Positions 52,848 to 62,003 of a DNA stretch of 64,000 nt are shown here, piece after piece. The DNA is from Pseudomonadota bacterium. Lineage in GTDB: Bacteria; Pseudomonadota; Alphaproteobacteria; Paracaedibacterales; CAIOTO01. The notes beneath the pieces were generated by a model. The model saw only the letters and a list, made by a program, of their open reading frames with translations, was not told where the DNA came from and made no database searches. Each line of letters begins with the position of its first letter. Position 1 is the first letter of the stretch. The position numbers and the translations under genes are program-made. The DNA is taken from contig JAZKDQ010000001.1 of the NCBI GenBank assembly GCA_040387495.1, positions 124,001 to 188,000 of the forward strand. The letters are read 5' to 3'.

Positions 52848-52870
52848 TCAACGATCGCTCCATATTCTCT

Positions 52871-53311
52871 TTATGAATCTGTTTCTGCATCATCATCGGT
52901 GCTGTCTTCGTCATCAGCATCTTCTTCTGAATCTTCGTCATCACTACTATTTATGTCACTTTCATCACCATCATGATCGCCATCGTTGATAACAACAGCA
53001 CTCATTTCTTCGTCCCATTCGTTAATAGCTTCGTCAATGGACTCTTGTACTTCACTATCAAGCTCTGATTCATGGTTTTCAACAAACACGTGCCGTTGAA
53101 AGCTTTTGACTAGATTTTCACGTAGTGCTGTAATATCAATTGAATTTTCAGAAATCTCACGAAGAGCGATAACGGGGTTTTTGTCATTGTCACGAATGAC
53201 GGTTAGTGGAGAGCCAGCTGATATCTCACGAGCTCGTTTTGCACTGAGGAGTACAAGCTCAAATCGATTAGGAACGTTTAAAATGCAATCTTCTACTGTT
53301 ACGCGTGCCAT
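52871..53311 (-). CDS. rpoZ: RNA polymerase omega subunit with acidic tail
   Basis: [16 protein letters not shown]....[14 protein letters not shown]. Confidence 0.96.
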   Translation of the reverse strand: MARVTVEDCILNVPNRFELVLLSAKRAREISAGSPLTVIRDNDKNPVIALREISENSIDITALRENLVKSFQRHVFVENHESELDSEVQESIDEAINEWDEEMSAVVINDGDHDGDESDINSSDDEDSEEDADDEDSTDDDAETDS

Positions 53312-53402
53312 TCTCTTATCTAGCCTTTTCATATGTTAATTATTGATTAATAATACTAACACGTTCTAAAGTGAAACATCCACTGAAAACCAAAGTTTTT
53401 TT

Positions 53403-54758
53403 ATGACTGAGATCAAGCTTACCAATACAATTACGCATAAAAAAGAAATTTTTAAGCCAATAAATCCAGATCATGTTGGTCTTTATCTATGTGGTCCTAC
53501 TGTTTATGATCGTCCACACATTGGTAATGCACGTTCTGCAATTGTATTTGATGTGTTGTATCGGTTGTTAAAAAAATCATTTCCGAAAGTAACTTATGTT
53601 CGAAATGTAACGGATGTGGATGATAAAATTAATATTCGCTCAAAAGAATTAAACATTCCAATTCGTGAATTGACAGAGCAAACCTTAGCGCATTATCACG
53701 AAGACGTAGGCGCTTTAGGCGCTTTGTCGCCTGATATTGAGCCGCGTGCCACAGAACATATTGAGGAAATGATCCTTATGAATGAGGCGTTGATTAAAAA
53801 AGGACATGCCTATACAGCAGAGGGGCATGTATTGTTTGATGTGAGTTCATATCATAATTACGGCAAGCTATCACGTAAAAATCAAGACGATTTGATTGCT
53901 GGTGCGCGAGTTGAAATTGCACCATATAAACGAAATGCAGCTGATTTTGTGTTATGGAAGCCGTCCGATGATGATACGCCTGGTTGGGATAGTCCTTGGG
54001 GTCGTGGGCGTCCTGGTTGGCATATCGAATGTTCTGCTATGAGTGCAAAATACCTTGGAGAAACCTTTGATATTCATGGTGGCGGCGTGGATTTAGTGTT
54101 TCCACATCATGAGAATGAAGTGGCGCAAAGTTGTTGCGCGCATGGCACTGAAAAGATGGCCCGTGTGTGGCTACACAACGGACATCTGACCGTAAATGGT
54201 GAGAAAATGTCTAAGTCTTTGGGAAACTTTATAACGGTGCAAGATTTGCTCGGTGGTCATGATGGTGAAGTCATTCGTTTGGCCTTGTTGTTAACGCATT
54301 ACCATCAGCCGCTTGATTGGACTGATCAACAGCTTGTTTCAGCGAAGCAAATGCTAGATCGATTTTATGGTGCGCTTGATTTGGTGGAAGAGCCTTTGGA
54401 TGAGCATGTAGAGCCAGCGGGGGTGATGGATGCACTTGCAGATGATTTGAATACGCCGCAAGCACTTGCTGTTTTGCATGATATTGCGAATCAATTGTAT
54501 AAATCACCGTCGGTTGTTTTAGCCTCACAGCTCAAAAAAGGAGCAGCACTTTTTGGTATTTTACAGCGGAGCCCGAAAGAATGGTTTCAAGGAAAAGCTA
54601 GTAGTAATGAATTGGATGTTGAAGCTTTGATACAACAACGTAATGATGCTAAAAAAGCAAAGAATTTTGCCTATGCTGATCAAATTCGTGCAGACTTATT
54701 AGAAAAAGGCGTTATATTGTTAGATACAGGCAGTGGCACCACATGGCGTCTTGCATAA
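53403..54758 (+). CDS. cysS: Cysteinyl-tRNA synthetase
   Basis: CGPTVY, HIGN, GRPGWHIECSAM, KMSKS. Confidence 0.99.
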   Translation: MTEIKLTNTITHKKEIFKPINPDHVGLYLCGPTVYDRPHIGNARSAIVFDVLYRLLKKSFPKVTYVRNVTDVDDKINIRSKELNIPIRELTEQTLAHYHEDVGALGALSPDIEPRATEHIEEMILMNEALIKKGHAYTAEGHVLFDVSSYHNYGKLSRKNQDDLIAGARVEIAPYKRNAADFVLWKPSDDDTPGWDSPWGRGRPGWHIECSAMSAKYLGETFDIHGGGVDLVFPHHENEVAQSCCAHGTEKMARVWLHNGHLTVNGEKMSKSLGNFITVQDLLGGHDGEVIRLALLLTHYHQPLDWTDQQLVSAKQMLDRFYGALDLVEEPLDEHVEPAGVMDALADDLNTPQALAVLHDIANQLYKSPSVVLASQLKKGAALFGILQRSPKEWFQGKASSNELDVEALIQQRNDAKKAKNFAYADQIRADLLEKGVILLDTGSGTTWRLA

Positions 54759-54816
54759 AGATAAATAGTTGCTGAATTAGCTGACAAGTAAAAAAACAGA
54801 ATAAGGATTTAATTTA

Positions 54817-55395
54817 ATGAACAGAAATTTTATTTATGGTTTATGTGCTGCCTTCGTCATTATTTCGGCATATAAAACTAGTCAATCTTTATTGGACAAA
54901 AGAAGCGATGTCGTGCAGGAAGAAATTCCACTTAGTTTAATTGATATTAATTTCGCGCGCGAAACAAATCCAAAGAGTATGCCTGATCATGTTATTGAGA
55001 AGCATGAGAAAGAGTCAAAAGAATTTAAATTAGTTGACCTTAAAGGAAAACCTGTTGTGCTACATTTTTGGGCAACATGGTGCCAGCCATGCCAAAAAGA
55101 ATTACCATATTATGATAAGTTTATAGCTGGCCATGCAGAAATTACACATGTAGCATTAACGCCAGACGGAACGACTAAGGAAAAAAGCAAAGCCTTTTTT
55201 GCACAGCATGGTTTTAAGAATATTCCTGTTATGACGGATAAAGCAGGTGCTGTTTCAAAATATTTTGAGATAAAAGGTTTTCCATCAACATTATTTATTA
55301 ACAAAGAAGGTGTTTTAGTTGGGCGCGTTGTTGGTATTGTTGATTGGCAAGATCCGAAAACGGTTGAGTTATTGCTAAAAACGTTTGCTGAGTAA
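54817..55395 (+). CDS. TlpA-family thiol:disulfide oxidoreductase
   Basis: N-terminal anchor; LHFWATWCQPC..ELP; GFPST. Confidence 0.9.
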   Translation: MNRNFIYGLCAAFVIISAYKTSQSLLDKRSDVVQEEIPLSLIDINFARETNPKSMPDHVIEKHEKESKEFKLVDLKGKPVVLHFWATWCQPCQKELPYYDKFIAGHAEITHVALTPDGTTKEKSKAFFAQHGFKNIPVMTDKAGAVSKYFEIKGFPSTLFINKEGVLVGRVVGIVDWQDPKTVELLLKTFAE

Positions 55396-55405
55396 TGGTG
55401 GGCAT

Positions 55406-56608
55406 ATGACAAAAGCTTCGCTTGAATTGGCGCATAATCAATCACCAATTCCATTTACTATGCCAGTGACATTGCCTGAATCAATTGCGGCTGTTCATGC
55501 TTTTTTGTCCAGCAACCCGCGTGCATTCAGTGGCAATGGCGCGCAAACAAAAGCGTGTCAGTCTGCATTGACTTCTGTTTTTGGGTATAATAATCCTCTC
55601 CTTACATCATCGTGCACATCTGCACTAGAAATAGCGGCATTAGCATTAAAGGCACATATTGGGGATGCATTTGATTATGCAAATCCGCCCGTCGTTATTT
55701 GCCCAAGCTTTACCTTTGTCAGCACGACAAATAGCTTTGCTAAGTATGGCTTTAAGCTTCGTTATGTTGATATCAATCCAGATACGATGAATAATGATGA
55801 AACCGCGATTGAAGCTGCTATAACGCCCGATGTGGTTGCTGTTGTGGTTGTGCATTATGGCGGCATTAGTTGTGACATGGCACGTGTTGAGGCCTTTTGT
55901 AAGCTCAAGAATTTAGTACTTATCAGTGATGCCGCGCAGGCCATTGGTGCATTGTGTCATGGTAAGTCATTGCCGAATTATGGTGATATGGCATGTCTTA
56001 GTTTTCATGATACGAAAAATTGCACAGCCGGTGAGGGTGGCGCGCTTTTGGTAAATAACGAAGCGTTTTTGCCAGACACTAAAATTGCTCGTGAAAAAGG
56101 TACAAATCGTGAGCAATTTTTGCAAGGACAAGTGGACAAGTACACGTGGGTAGGCCTTGGTGGGCATTATCTGATGAGCGAGATTAATGCGACATATCTT
56201 TTGCCTCAATTAATAGGTTACGCAGCGTTGCATGAACATCGCTTGGCGCTTTGGCGGCGCTATCAAGATCGATTAAAGGATTTAGAAGCGCGTGTCGGGG
56301 CGGATGTATTTAAGTGCCCAAGCATCCCAACATACAATCAGCAGAATGCGCATCTTTATTATGTGAAGCTACGTGATAATGCTGCACGCGTGGCATTGCG
56401 TGATTATTTACGCACGCACGGAATTGAGTCGAGCTTTCACTATACGCCATTGCATTTGAATCCGTATGGGGCAAAGACTGGTACGTTCGCTGGTGATGAT
56501 CGGCATACCGTGGTTGAGACTGAGCGTTTGCTACGTTTGCCATTATACCATGCGCTGCAAGTGGCTGATGTGGATCGCGTATGTGATGCGATCGAGTCGT
56601 GTTATTGA
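55406..56608 (+). CDS. rffA: dTDP-4-amino-4,6-dideoxygalactose transaminase-like (WecE/RffA; DegT/DnrJ family)
   Basis: SCTSALE, PSFTFVST, DAAQA, SFHDTKN..AGEGG, REKGTNR..F..GQVDKYTW. Confidence 0.88.
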   Translation: MTKASLELAHNQSPIPFTMPVTLPESIAAVHAFLSSNPRAFSGNGAQTKACQSALTSVFGYNNPLLTSSCTSALEIAALALKAHIGDAFDYANPPVVICPSFTFVSTTNSFAKYGFKLRYVDINPDTMNNDETAIEAAITPDVVAVVVVHYGGISCDMARVEAFCKLKNLVLISDAAQAIGALCHGKSLPNYGDMACLSFHDTKNCTAGEGGALLVNNEAFLPDTKIAREKGTNREQFLQGQVDKYTWVGLGGHYLMSEINATYLLPQLIGYAALHEHRLALWRRYQDRLKDLEARVGADVFKCPSIPTYNQQNAHLYYVKLRDNAARVALRDYLRTHGIESSFHYTPLHLNPYGAKTGTFAGDDRHTVVETERLLRLPLYHALQVADVDRVCDAIESCY

Positions 56609-56681
56609 TTGATTTAATTGCATTTTTAATAATTCTATGATACAAATTTGTTGTATTTAAATAAAAGAAAGTTTTTTAATA

Positions 56682-57212
56682 ATGCAAAGTTTGTTTTCTC
56701 AGTTAATTACTCCTGCTCAGAAAAATAGTGCACCAGCTGCCTTTGTACTTAAGTTGTGGCTTGTTATTATTTTGTCTTTTTGGTTGTTTTCCGAGTGTGT
56801 TGATTATGCCATCACACATATCTTGCGAGGTTTTTTAATCTCAGTATCAGCCCCATTACTCGCATTTTTTGTGATGTTAAATATATTTATTTTTTTTCAA
56901 GTTCTGAATTTTGTGTGCAATAGTTTTAATGAAGGCTCTAAAGAAAATCATTCTTTTTTAATTTCTTTTCCTTCTGCCCCTCAAATGTTTGTTTTTTCGT
57001 TTTTAATATTTAATGTAATTACGGTTTTTGGGCTTATTTTTACATATATTATTATTTTACTTTCAGGCACAGATTTTATTTACATGCTTGCGTATCCTTT
57101 TCCTTTAATGTTAATTTTTATTACTCGTGTTTTAATAATTATTCTTAGCTTTTTTGTTTTTCGGAAAATGCTGCAGCTAGGTTGGTGCGGTGTAATTGTT
57201 GAAAAGAAATAG
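56682..57212 (+). CDS. Hypothetical membrane protein (about 4 TM)
   Basis: 176-codon hydrophobic ORF filling the gap between two genes. Confidence 0.6.
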   Translation: MQSLFSQLITPAQKNSAPAAFVLKLWLVIILSFWLFSECVDYAITHILRGFLISVSAPLLAFFVMLNIFIFFQVLNFVCNSFNEGSKENHSFLISFPSAPQMFVFSFLIFNVITVFGLIFTYIIILLSGTDFIYMLAYPFPLMLIFITRVLIIILSFFVFRKMLQLGWCGVIVEKK

Positions 57213-57323
57213 TCGCATTTAATCACAGGTATCGTTAAATACGTTTGGCACATTCATTTAAAATGTGTGTGACATGAATAAATCAGCTAAACTGTATTAA
57301 CTTTATGATAATGTGGCAAGCAA

Positions 57324-58664
57324 ATGTCCTACGATTCTCTTTTTGATATACCTACCTCAATGCATACCAAAGCGATTTTGGTGCATGTGTATAATAAACG
57401 TCAAAAAGAACCCTTAACGCGCACCATTGAGGCTAGCATCGAGGAGGCTTTAGGCCTAGCCGAAGCAATTGATTTGGATGTGTGTTATCACCAAGCGATT
57501 CCTATTCAGAAAAAGAATCCAGCAACCCTTATTGGGTCAGGTAATGTGGAAAACTTGTGTCAGATCGTGACGGCTGAAGATGTAAAGCTGGCTGTATTTG
57601 ACACAACGCTTACGCCTATTCAGCAGCGCAATCTTGAAACCGGCTTAAAATGTAAAGTGATCGATCGCACGGGATTGATCCTTGAGATCTTTGGAAGACG
57701 TGCACGCACAGCCGAAGGGCGCCTGCAGGTAGATTTGGCGTTGCTCAAGCATCTTCGTAGTCGACTTGTTCGCGCATGGACTCACCTTGAACGTCAGCGT
57801 GGTGGTTTTGGTTTTACGGGAGGTCCTGGAGAAAGTCAGATTGAACTTGACCGTCGTATGATCGATGGCAAAATCATGAAACTTGAGAGTGACCTTGATC
57901 AGGTGAAACGCACACGAAGCCTGCACCGGAAACAACGCATCCGATCTGACGTGCCAATGGTCGCACTTGTTGGGTATACGAATGCTGGAAAATCAACACT
58001 TTTCAATCGATTAACCAACTCTAATGTCTTTGCAAAAGACTTATTGTTTGCAACGCTTGATCCGACGATTCGCCCGATTAAATTACCTAATGGTCGTACT
58101 GTATTGTTGTCTGATACGGTGGGTTTTATTTCAAATCTACCTACGCAGCTTGTGGCAGCTTTTCGTGCAACGCTCGAAGAGGTATGTGAAGCATCAGTTA
58201 TTTTGCATGTGTCGGATGTAGCGCATGATGATCATGAAGCGCAAAAAAAGGACGTATTTCATGTGTTGGATCAACTTGAAGTTGATTATGATGTTGAATT
58301 TGTAAAGCCAGCATTAATTGATGTGTATAATAAAATTGATTTATTGCCAGAGGATATGAAGAATGCTATCGTTAATCGCTCGGATCGTTCTCACCAGTCT
58401 GTTGCAGTCTCTGCAAATTCTGGAGAAGGCATCGAATCACTTTTGCTTGCTATACAGGAGGCTTTGCACGAAGATGTTGCCCTATATCAGCTGAATTTGC
58501 CGATTGAAGATGGCGCCCTTTTGGCGTGGTGTTATCGGCGTGGTGTTGTTGCTTCTCGTGAAGATACCGACTGTGGTGCAATGTTGAAGCTCAGTCTTAA
58601 TCCAGCCCAGTATGACTATATTAGTCAGGCTGTTGCAGAGGGTTCTATCTCCAAAATTTCGTAA
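57324..58664 (+). CDS. hflX: Ribosome-splitting GTPase HflX
   Basis: LILEIF..RA.T.EG.LQV, GPGESQIE.DRR, GYTNAGKST, DTVGFI, NKID. Confidence 0.98.
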   Translation: MSYDSLFDIPTSMHTKAILVHVYNKRQKEPLTRTIEASIEEALGLAEAIDLDVCYHQAIPIQKKNPATLIGSGNVENLCQIVTAEDVKLAVFDTTLTPIQQRNLETGLKCKVIDRTGLILEIFGRRARTAEGRLQVDLALLKHLRSRLVRAWTHLERQRGGFGFTGGPGESQIELDRRMIDGKIMKLESDLDQVKRTRSLHRKQRIRSDVPMVALVGYTNAGKSTLFNRLTNSNVFAKDLLFATLDPTIRPIKLPNGRTVLLSDTVGFISNLPTQLVAAFRATLEEVCEASVILHVSDVAHDDHEAQKKDVFHVLDQLEVDYDVEFVKPALIDVYNKIDLLPEDMKNAIVNRSDRSHQSVAVSANSGEGIESLLLAIQEALHEDVALYQLNLPIEDGALLAWCYRRGVVASREDTDCGAMLKLSLNPAQYDYISQAVAEGSISKIS

Positions 58665-58729
58665 ATATTGATATACAGAGGATAACCATTCTTCAAAATT
58701 TGGTCTATCCAAAAGTAGGAGCATTTTTC

Positions 58730-59944
58730 ATGCAAAAATTATTATTCCCCATTCTTATTCTTTCGTTGGTCGTGTTATGTATTGAAACAGACATGTCTGC
58801 ACCAAGCTTTCCTGATATGTCTCGGCATTTTAATGTGTCAGAGGGGATGATTCAATATACAATTGCTATTAATTTTCTTGGCTTTTGTTTTGCGAGTCTT
58901 TTGTACGGAGCACTTTCTGATACTTATGGCCGTAGGCCTATTATGATTATGGGTAATGCCATTATGCTTGTAGGTGCTATAGGATGTGTTTGGTCGCCAT
59001 CGATTGAAATACTTTTACTAGCACGTTTTATCCAGGGAATTGGCGCAAGCACCTCTGCTGTTGTGGTGTTTGCTATGATTGCTGATACCTATAAAGGAAC
59101 AGATGCTATTAAACGTATAGGTATTATGAATTCAGCATTGACGATTTTTATGTCAGTGGCCCCAATTGCGGGCAGCTATATCAATCAAGCCATTGGTTGG
59201 CGTGGAAATTATGCCGTCGTGGCCGCTTTGTCGCTTTTGTCATGGTTGCTTCTTGTGTTCTTTTTACCCGAGACGCGCCAAGAACGCTCTAGCTTTTCAA
59301 TGAAACAGCTCACATGTGATTATAAACGTGTTTTTAGTAATAAAACATTTATTTACGCATCAAGTGTGCCAAGCTTGCTAAGTGCAGCCTATATGGCCTT
59401 TATTGCATGTGCGGCCTTTTTGTATACAAAAACATACGGGTTATCATTAAATGGTTATGCGTTACATCAAGGGCTAATCATTGGTGGTTTTGCAGTCATG
59501 AGTATCTTTGCAGGTAACCTTATGGAACGTATTGGGAAGCGAAGAAGTGTTGCTATTGGTATGGGACTATTTGCGGCAGGTACGCTTTGTATTTTATTGT
59601 TAGGTTTTGCGGGCTCTCACGCGGCAACTCTTGTTACAGCTGGTATGATGCTTGTGTCATTTGGTGATGCCATTGTGTATGCAATCATTTTCACTTTGTC
59701 TCTTGAGATTTTTCCAAATCATAAAGGTGTTGCATCATCAGCCATTATGTCGTCACGGGCATTTTTAGTTTTTGCTTTTGTTGGTCTAATGGGGAACGTA
59801 TACAATGACGAACTTATTTCGTATGCATGGGTGTGTTTGCTTATTTTTGTTCCAACCTGTTTTTGCGTATTTAAGTTATTTCAAGCTGGTTTTTTGGACG
59901 AAGTGGTGTCTGAATTGCCTGCTAAAGAAGCAAAAGCGTCGTGA
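58730..59944 (+). CDS. MFS drug efflux transporter (Bcr/CflA family)
   Basis: Motif A GALSDTYGRRP, ARFIQGIG, GWRG; AGGAG RBS before ATG at 58730. Confidence 0.9.
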   Translation: MQKLLFPILILSLVVLCIETDMSAPSFPDMSRHFNVSEGMIQYTIAINFLGFCFASLLYGALSDTYGRRPIMIMGNAIMLVGAIGCVWSPSIEILLLARFIQGIGASTSAVVVFAMIADTYKGTDAIKRIGIMNSALTIFMSVAPIAGSYINQAIGWRGNYAVVAALSLLSWLLLVFFLPETRQERSSFSMKQLTCDYKRVFSNKTFIYASSVPSLLSAAYMAFIACAAFLYTKTYGLSLNGYALHQGLIIGGFAVMSIFAGNLMERIGKRRSVAIGMGLFAAGTLCILLLGFAGSHAATLVTAGMMLVSFGDAIVYAIIFTLSLEIFPNHKGVASSAIMSSRAFLVFAFVGLMGNVYNDELISYAWVCLLIFVPTCFCVFKLFQAGFLDEVVSELPAKEAKAS

Positions 59945-60735
59945 TATCCATATCTTATACAAGCGAAGAGTTACTCAAGCGCAAGTTGCGGTACCAATGT
60001 CAGTATCGCGGTACGTGCGAACTTGATGTGATTCTTCGTAAATTTATAGCAGAGGGTAGGGATGCCTATATTATAGATTGGCCATTGTTTGAACAGTTTT
60101 TGGCTGAGCCTGAACCAGTTTTGACGGATTGGTTGATTAACGGTGATGAGGTGCCGGAAGAGTATCGGGTGTTTGTTCAAATAATAAAAAATGATAATTT
60201 AGATGAAAAAATTGAAATCGTTCCATATAATCTGAATTGGCCAAAGGCTGCAGAAGAAGAAATTTCAATAATAAAAAAGCTGCTGTCCTATAACTGGATC
60301 ATTGATATTCAGCATATTGGCAGTACTGCCATACCAGGATTAGCAGCTAAGCCTATTATCGATATCTATATGGGGGTAATTTCCATACAAAAAGCACAGC
60401 AAGCCATAAAACCAATTGAAGAGCTTGGTTATCAATTCTGGGCAGATAATCCAAATATGAAAAAAATGTTTTTTGTCAAAGGGATGCCACCTTTTGGTAC
60501 AGGAAGAACGCATCATATTCATATAGTAGAGCATGATAGCCATTATTGGAGAGCACGGATTCTCTTTAGGGATTGCTTACGTTCTCATGCTGAAGAAGCT
60601 CGAGAGTATGCAGAATTAAAACGCAAACTTATGCAAGAGCATTCACATGATAGAGAAGCTTATACGGATGCTAAGGCAGATTTTATAACTGCAGTCCTTA
60701 AAAAGGCCGGTTTTAATGAAAAAGTTCAACGTTAA
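59941..60735 (+). CDS. Fusion: SdhE/Sdh5-like domain plus GrpB (UPF0157) domain
   Basis: KRKLRYQCQYRGTCELDVIL (RGxxE), then IVPYN..W, HIGSTAIPGLAAKPIIDI, HHIH, FRD.LR, Y..LK, YTDAK. Confidence 0.82.
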   Translation: MISISYTSEELLKRKLRYQCQYRGTCELDVILRKFIAEGRDAYIIDWPLFEQFLAEPEPVLTDWLINGDEVPEEYRVFVQIIKNDNLDEKIEIVPYNLNWPKAAEEEISIIKKLLSYNWIIDIQHIGSTAIPGLAAKPIIDIYMGVISIQKAQQAIKPIEELGYQFWADNPNMKKMFFVKGMPPFGTGRTHHIHIVEHDSHYWRARILFRDCLRSHAEEAREYAELKRKLMQEHSHDREAYTDAKADFITAVLKKAGFNEKVQR

Positions 60736-60755
60736 TTAAAAGGAATTAAAACGAT

Positions 60756-60920
60756 CAATGGCATTCGGTTAAGGATATTCTCTTCATAAAGAGGAAAATA
60801 AAACACTAAGAGTTTAATAAATTATTCCTACTCAGTGTTTTTCAATAACCTCTTGAGGTAATCGGGATCAAGAAAAAGCAGAATACAAATAGTACAAAAT
60901 TCCTTAACCGAATGCCATTG
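60756..60920. mobile_element. MITE-like element, 165 bp, with 20-bp perfect terminal inverted repeats
   Basis: CAATGGCATTCGGTTAAGGA (60756-60775) and TCCTTAACCGAATGCCATTG (60901-60920); related copy at 61762-61860. Confidence 0.75.
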
Positions 60921-60987
60921 TTTCTTAAAAGGCCCAGTGTCCTGAAATTATTGTAGCGAATCATGCAATTTTTTTGAAAGAATGTAT

Positions 60988-61019
60988 AAAAAACTGCCTT
61001 GAGATAATCACAAGGCAGT
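60988..61019 (-). terminator. Intrinsic terminator of the FKBP gene
   Basis: ACTGCCTTG-N9-CAAGGCAGT stem with U-tract on the minus strand. Confidence 0.7.
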
Positions 61020-61047
61020 CATTTGAGAGATATAAAACATGAGTTGC

Positions 61048-61545
61048 TTACTCAATACCAAGCAATTCGACATCAAATTCTAACGTTGCATGTGGTGGAA
61101 TATCATCACCTGCACCAAGTGCACCATACCCAAGTGCTGCTGGAATAATTAGAGTACGTTTCCCGCCAACTTTCATTGTTGCAACGCCCTCATCCCAACC
61201 TTTAATCACTTGTTCAATACCAATTTGAAATTTAAATGGTTTGTTTCGATTGTGTGAGCTATCAAAGATTTTGCCATTTGTCAAACGGCCTGTATAGTGT
61301 ACGATGACTGTTTGGCCGCGTTTAGGGCTTGCGCCGTCACCAACTTTTGTATCTTTATATTGAAGACCTGTAGCTGTTGTTGAATAATCTTGATCAGCTT
61401 GTGTGGTGATAATATCATCCATTTTTGTGTTTTTGCATTCAGTGTTACTTTCGCTTTTTGAATGAGCTACATTGGTTGGTATACAAAAGAAAGATCCAGT
61501 AGTGAAGGCTGTGACGAGCATAATCTGATTGAATCTAAAGTGCAT
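61048..61545 (-). CDS. FKBP-type peptidyl-prolyl isomerase with signal-like N-terminus
   Basis: VHYTGRL..GKIFDSS, VIKGWDEG, LIIP..LGYG, IPP.ATL.FDVELL. Confidence 0.96.
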   Translation of the reverse strand: MHFRFNQIMLVTAFTTGSFFCIPTNVAHSKSESNTECKNTKMDDIITTQADQDYSTTATGLQYKDTKVGDGASPKRGQTVIVHYTGRLTNGKIFDSSHNRNKPFKFQIGIEQVIKGWDEGVATMKVGGKRTLIIPAALGYGALGAGDDIPPHATLEFDVELLGIE

Positions 61546-61688
61546 AAAAAAACCCTTAACATATTTAAATGAGATAAGAATAATAGCTCTTACTATTATA
61601 ACTTTTAATCTCGTGTGGAATAAATCGAGTCTACCAGAGAAATAGTGAGAGGGAAATATGCATCACCATTTTCTTAACCTTAAATGTA

Positions 61689-61761
61689 GGGTGTTAATCA
61701 ACAAACGACACAAATGTTTCATGGGATTAGAAACTTCTGTGTCGTTTGTTGATTAACACCC
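61689..61761. repeat. 73-bp palindromic element with 24-bp perfect arms
   Basis: GGGTGTTAATCAACAAACGACACA ... TGTGTCGTTTGTTGATTAACACCC. Confidence 0.85.
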
Positions 61762-61860
61762 AAGGTTGTAGAAAAACACTGAATTGTAGAAAAATTTTGA
61801 GCTACTTAGTGTTTTGTATGCTTCTTTAGGAAGAGTGTATTCCTTAATCGAATGCCATTG
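61762..61860 (-). mobile_element. Diverged, truncated, inverted copy of the 60756 element
   Basis: Reverse complement starts CAATGGCATTCGATTAAGGA and keeps CTCTTC.TAAAGA, AAAACACTAAG, TCAGTGTTTTT, AACCT in order. Confidence 0.72.
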
Positions 61861-62003
61861 GTGGTGGTATGACCCCGAAAGAGTACCAATTCATTTTGAG
61901 GTTAATGTGTAATTAATCATAAAATTATGATAATATTGTCAGAACCAGCCTATTTTTACGTATTTTTGAAATAATTTATATAAAACGAAAGGATTGTTTT
62001 TCA

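Noticed and set aside
19211..53100. Low-complexity tails on the DEAD-box helicase, RNase R, GyrA and RpoZ as novel domains
   Set aside because: Charged disordered tails are common in these families; no repeat or domain structure was visible.
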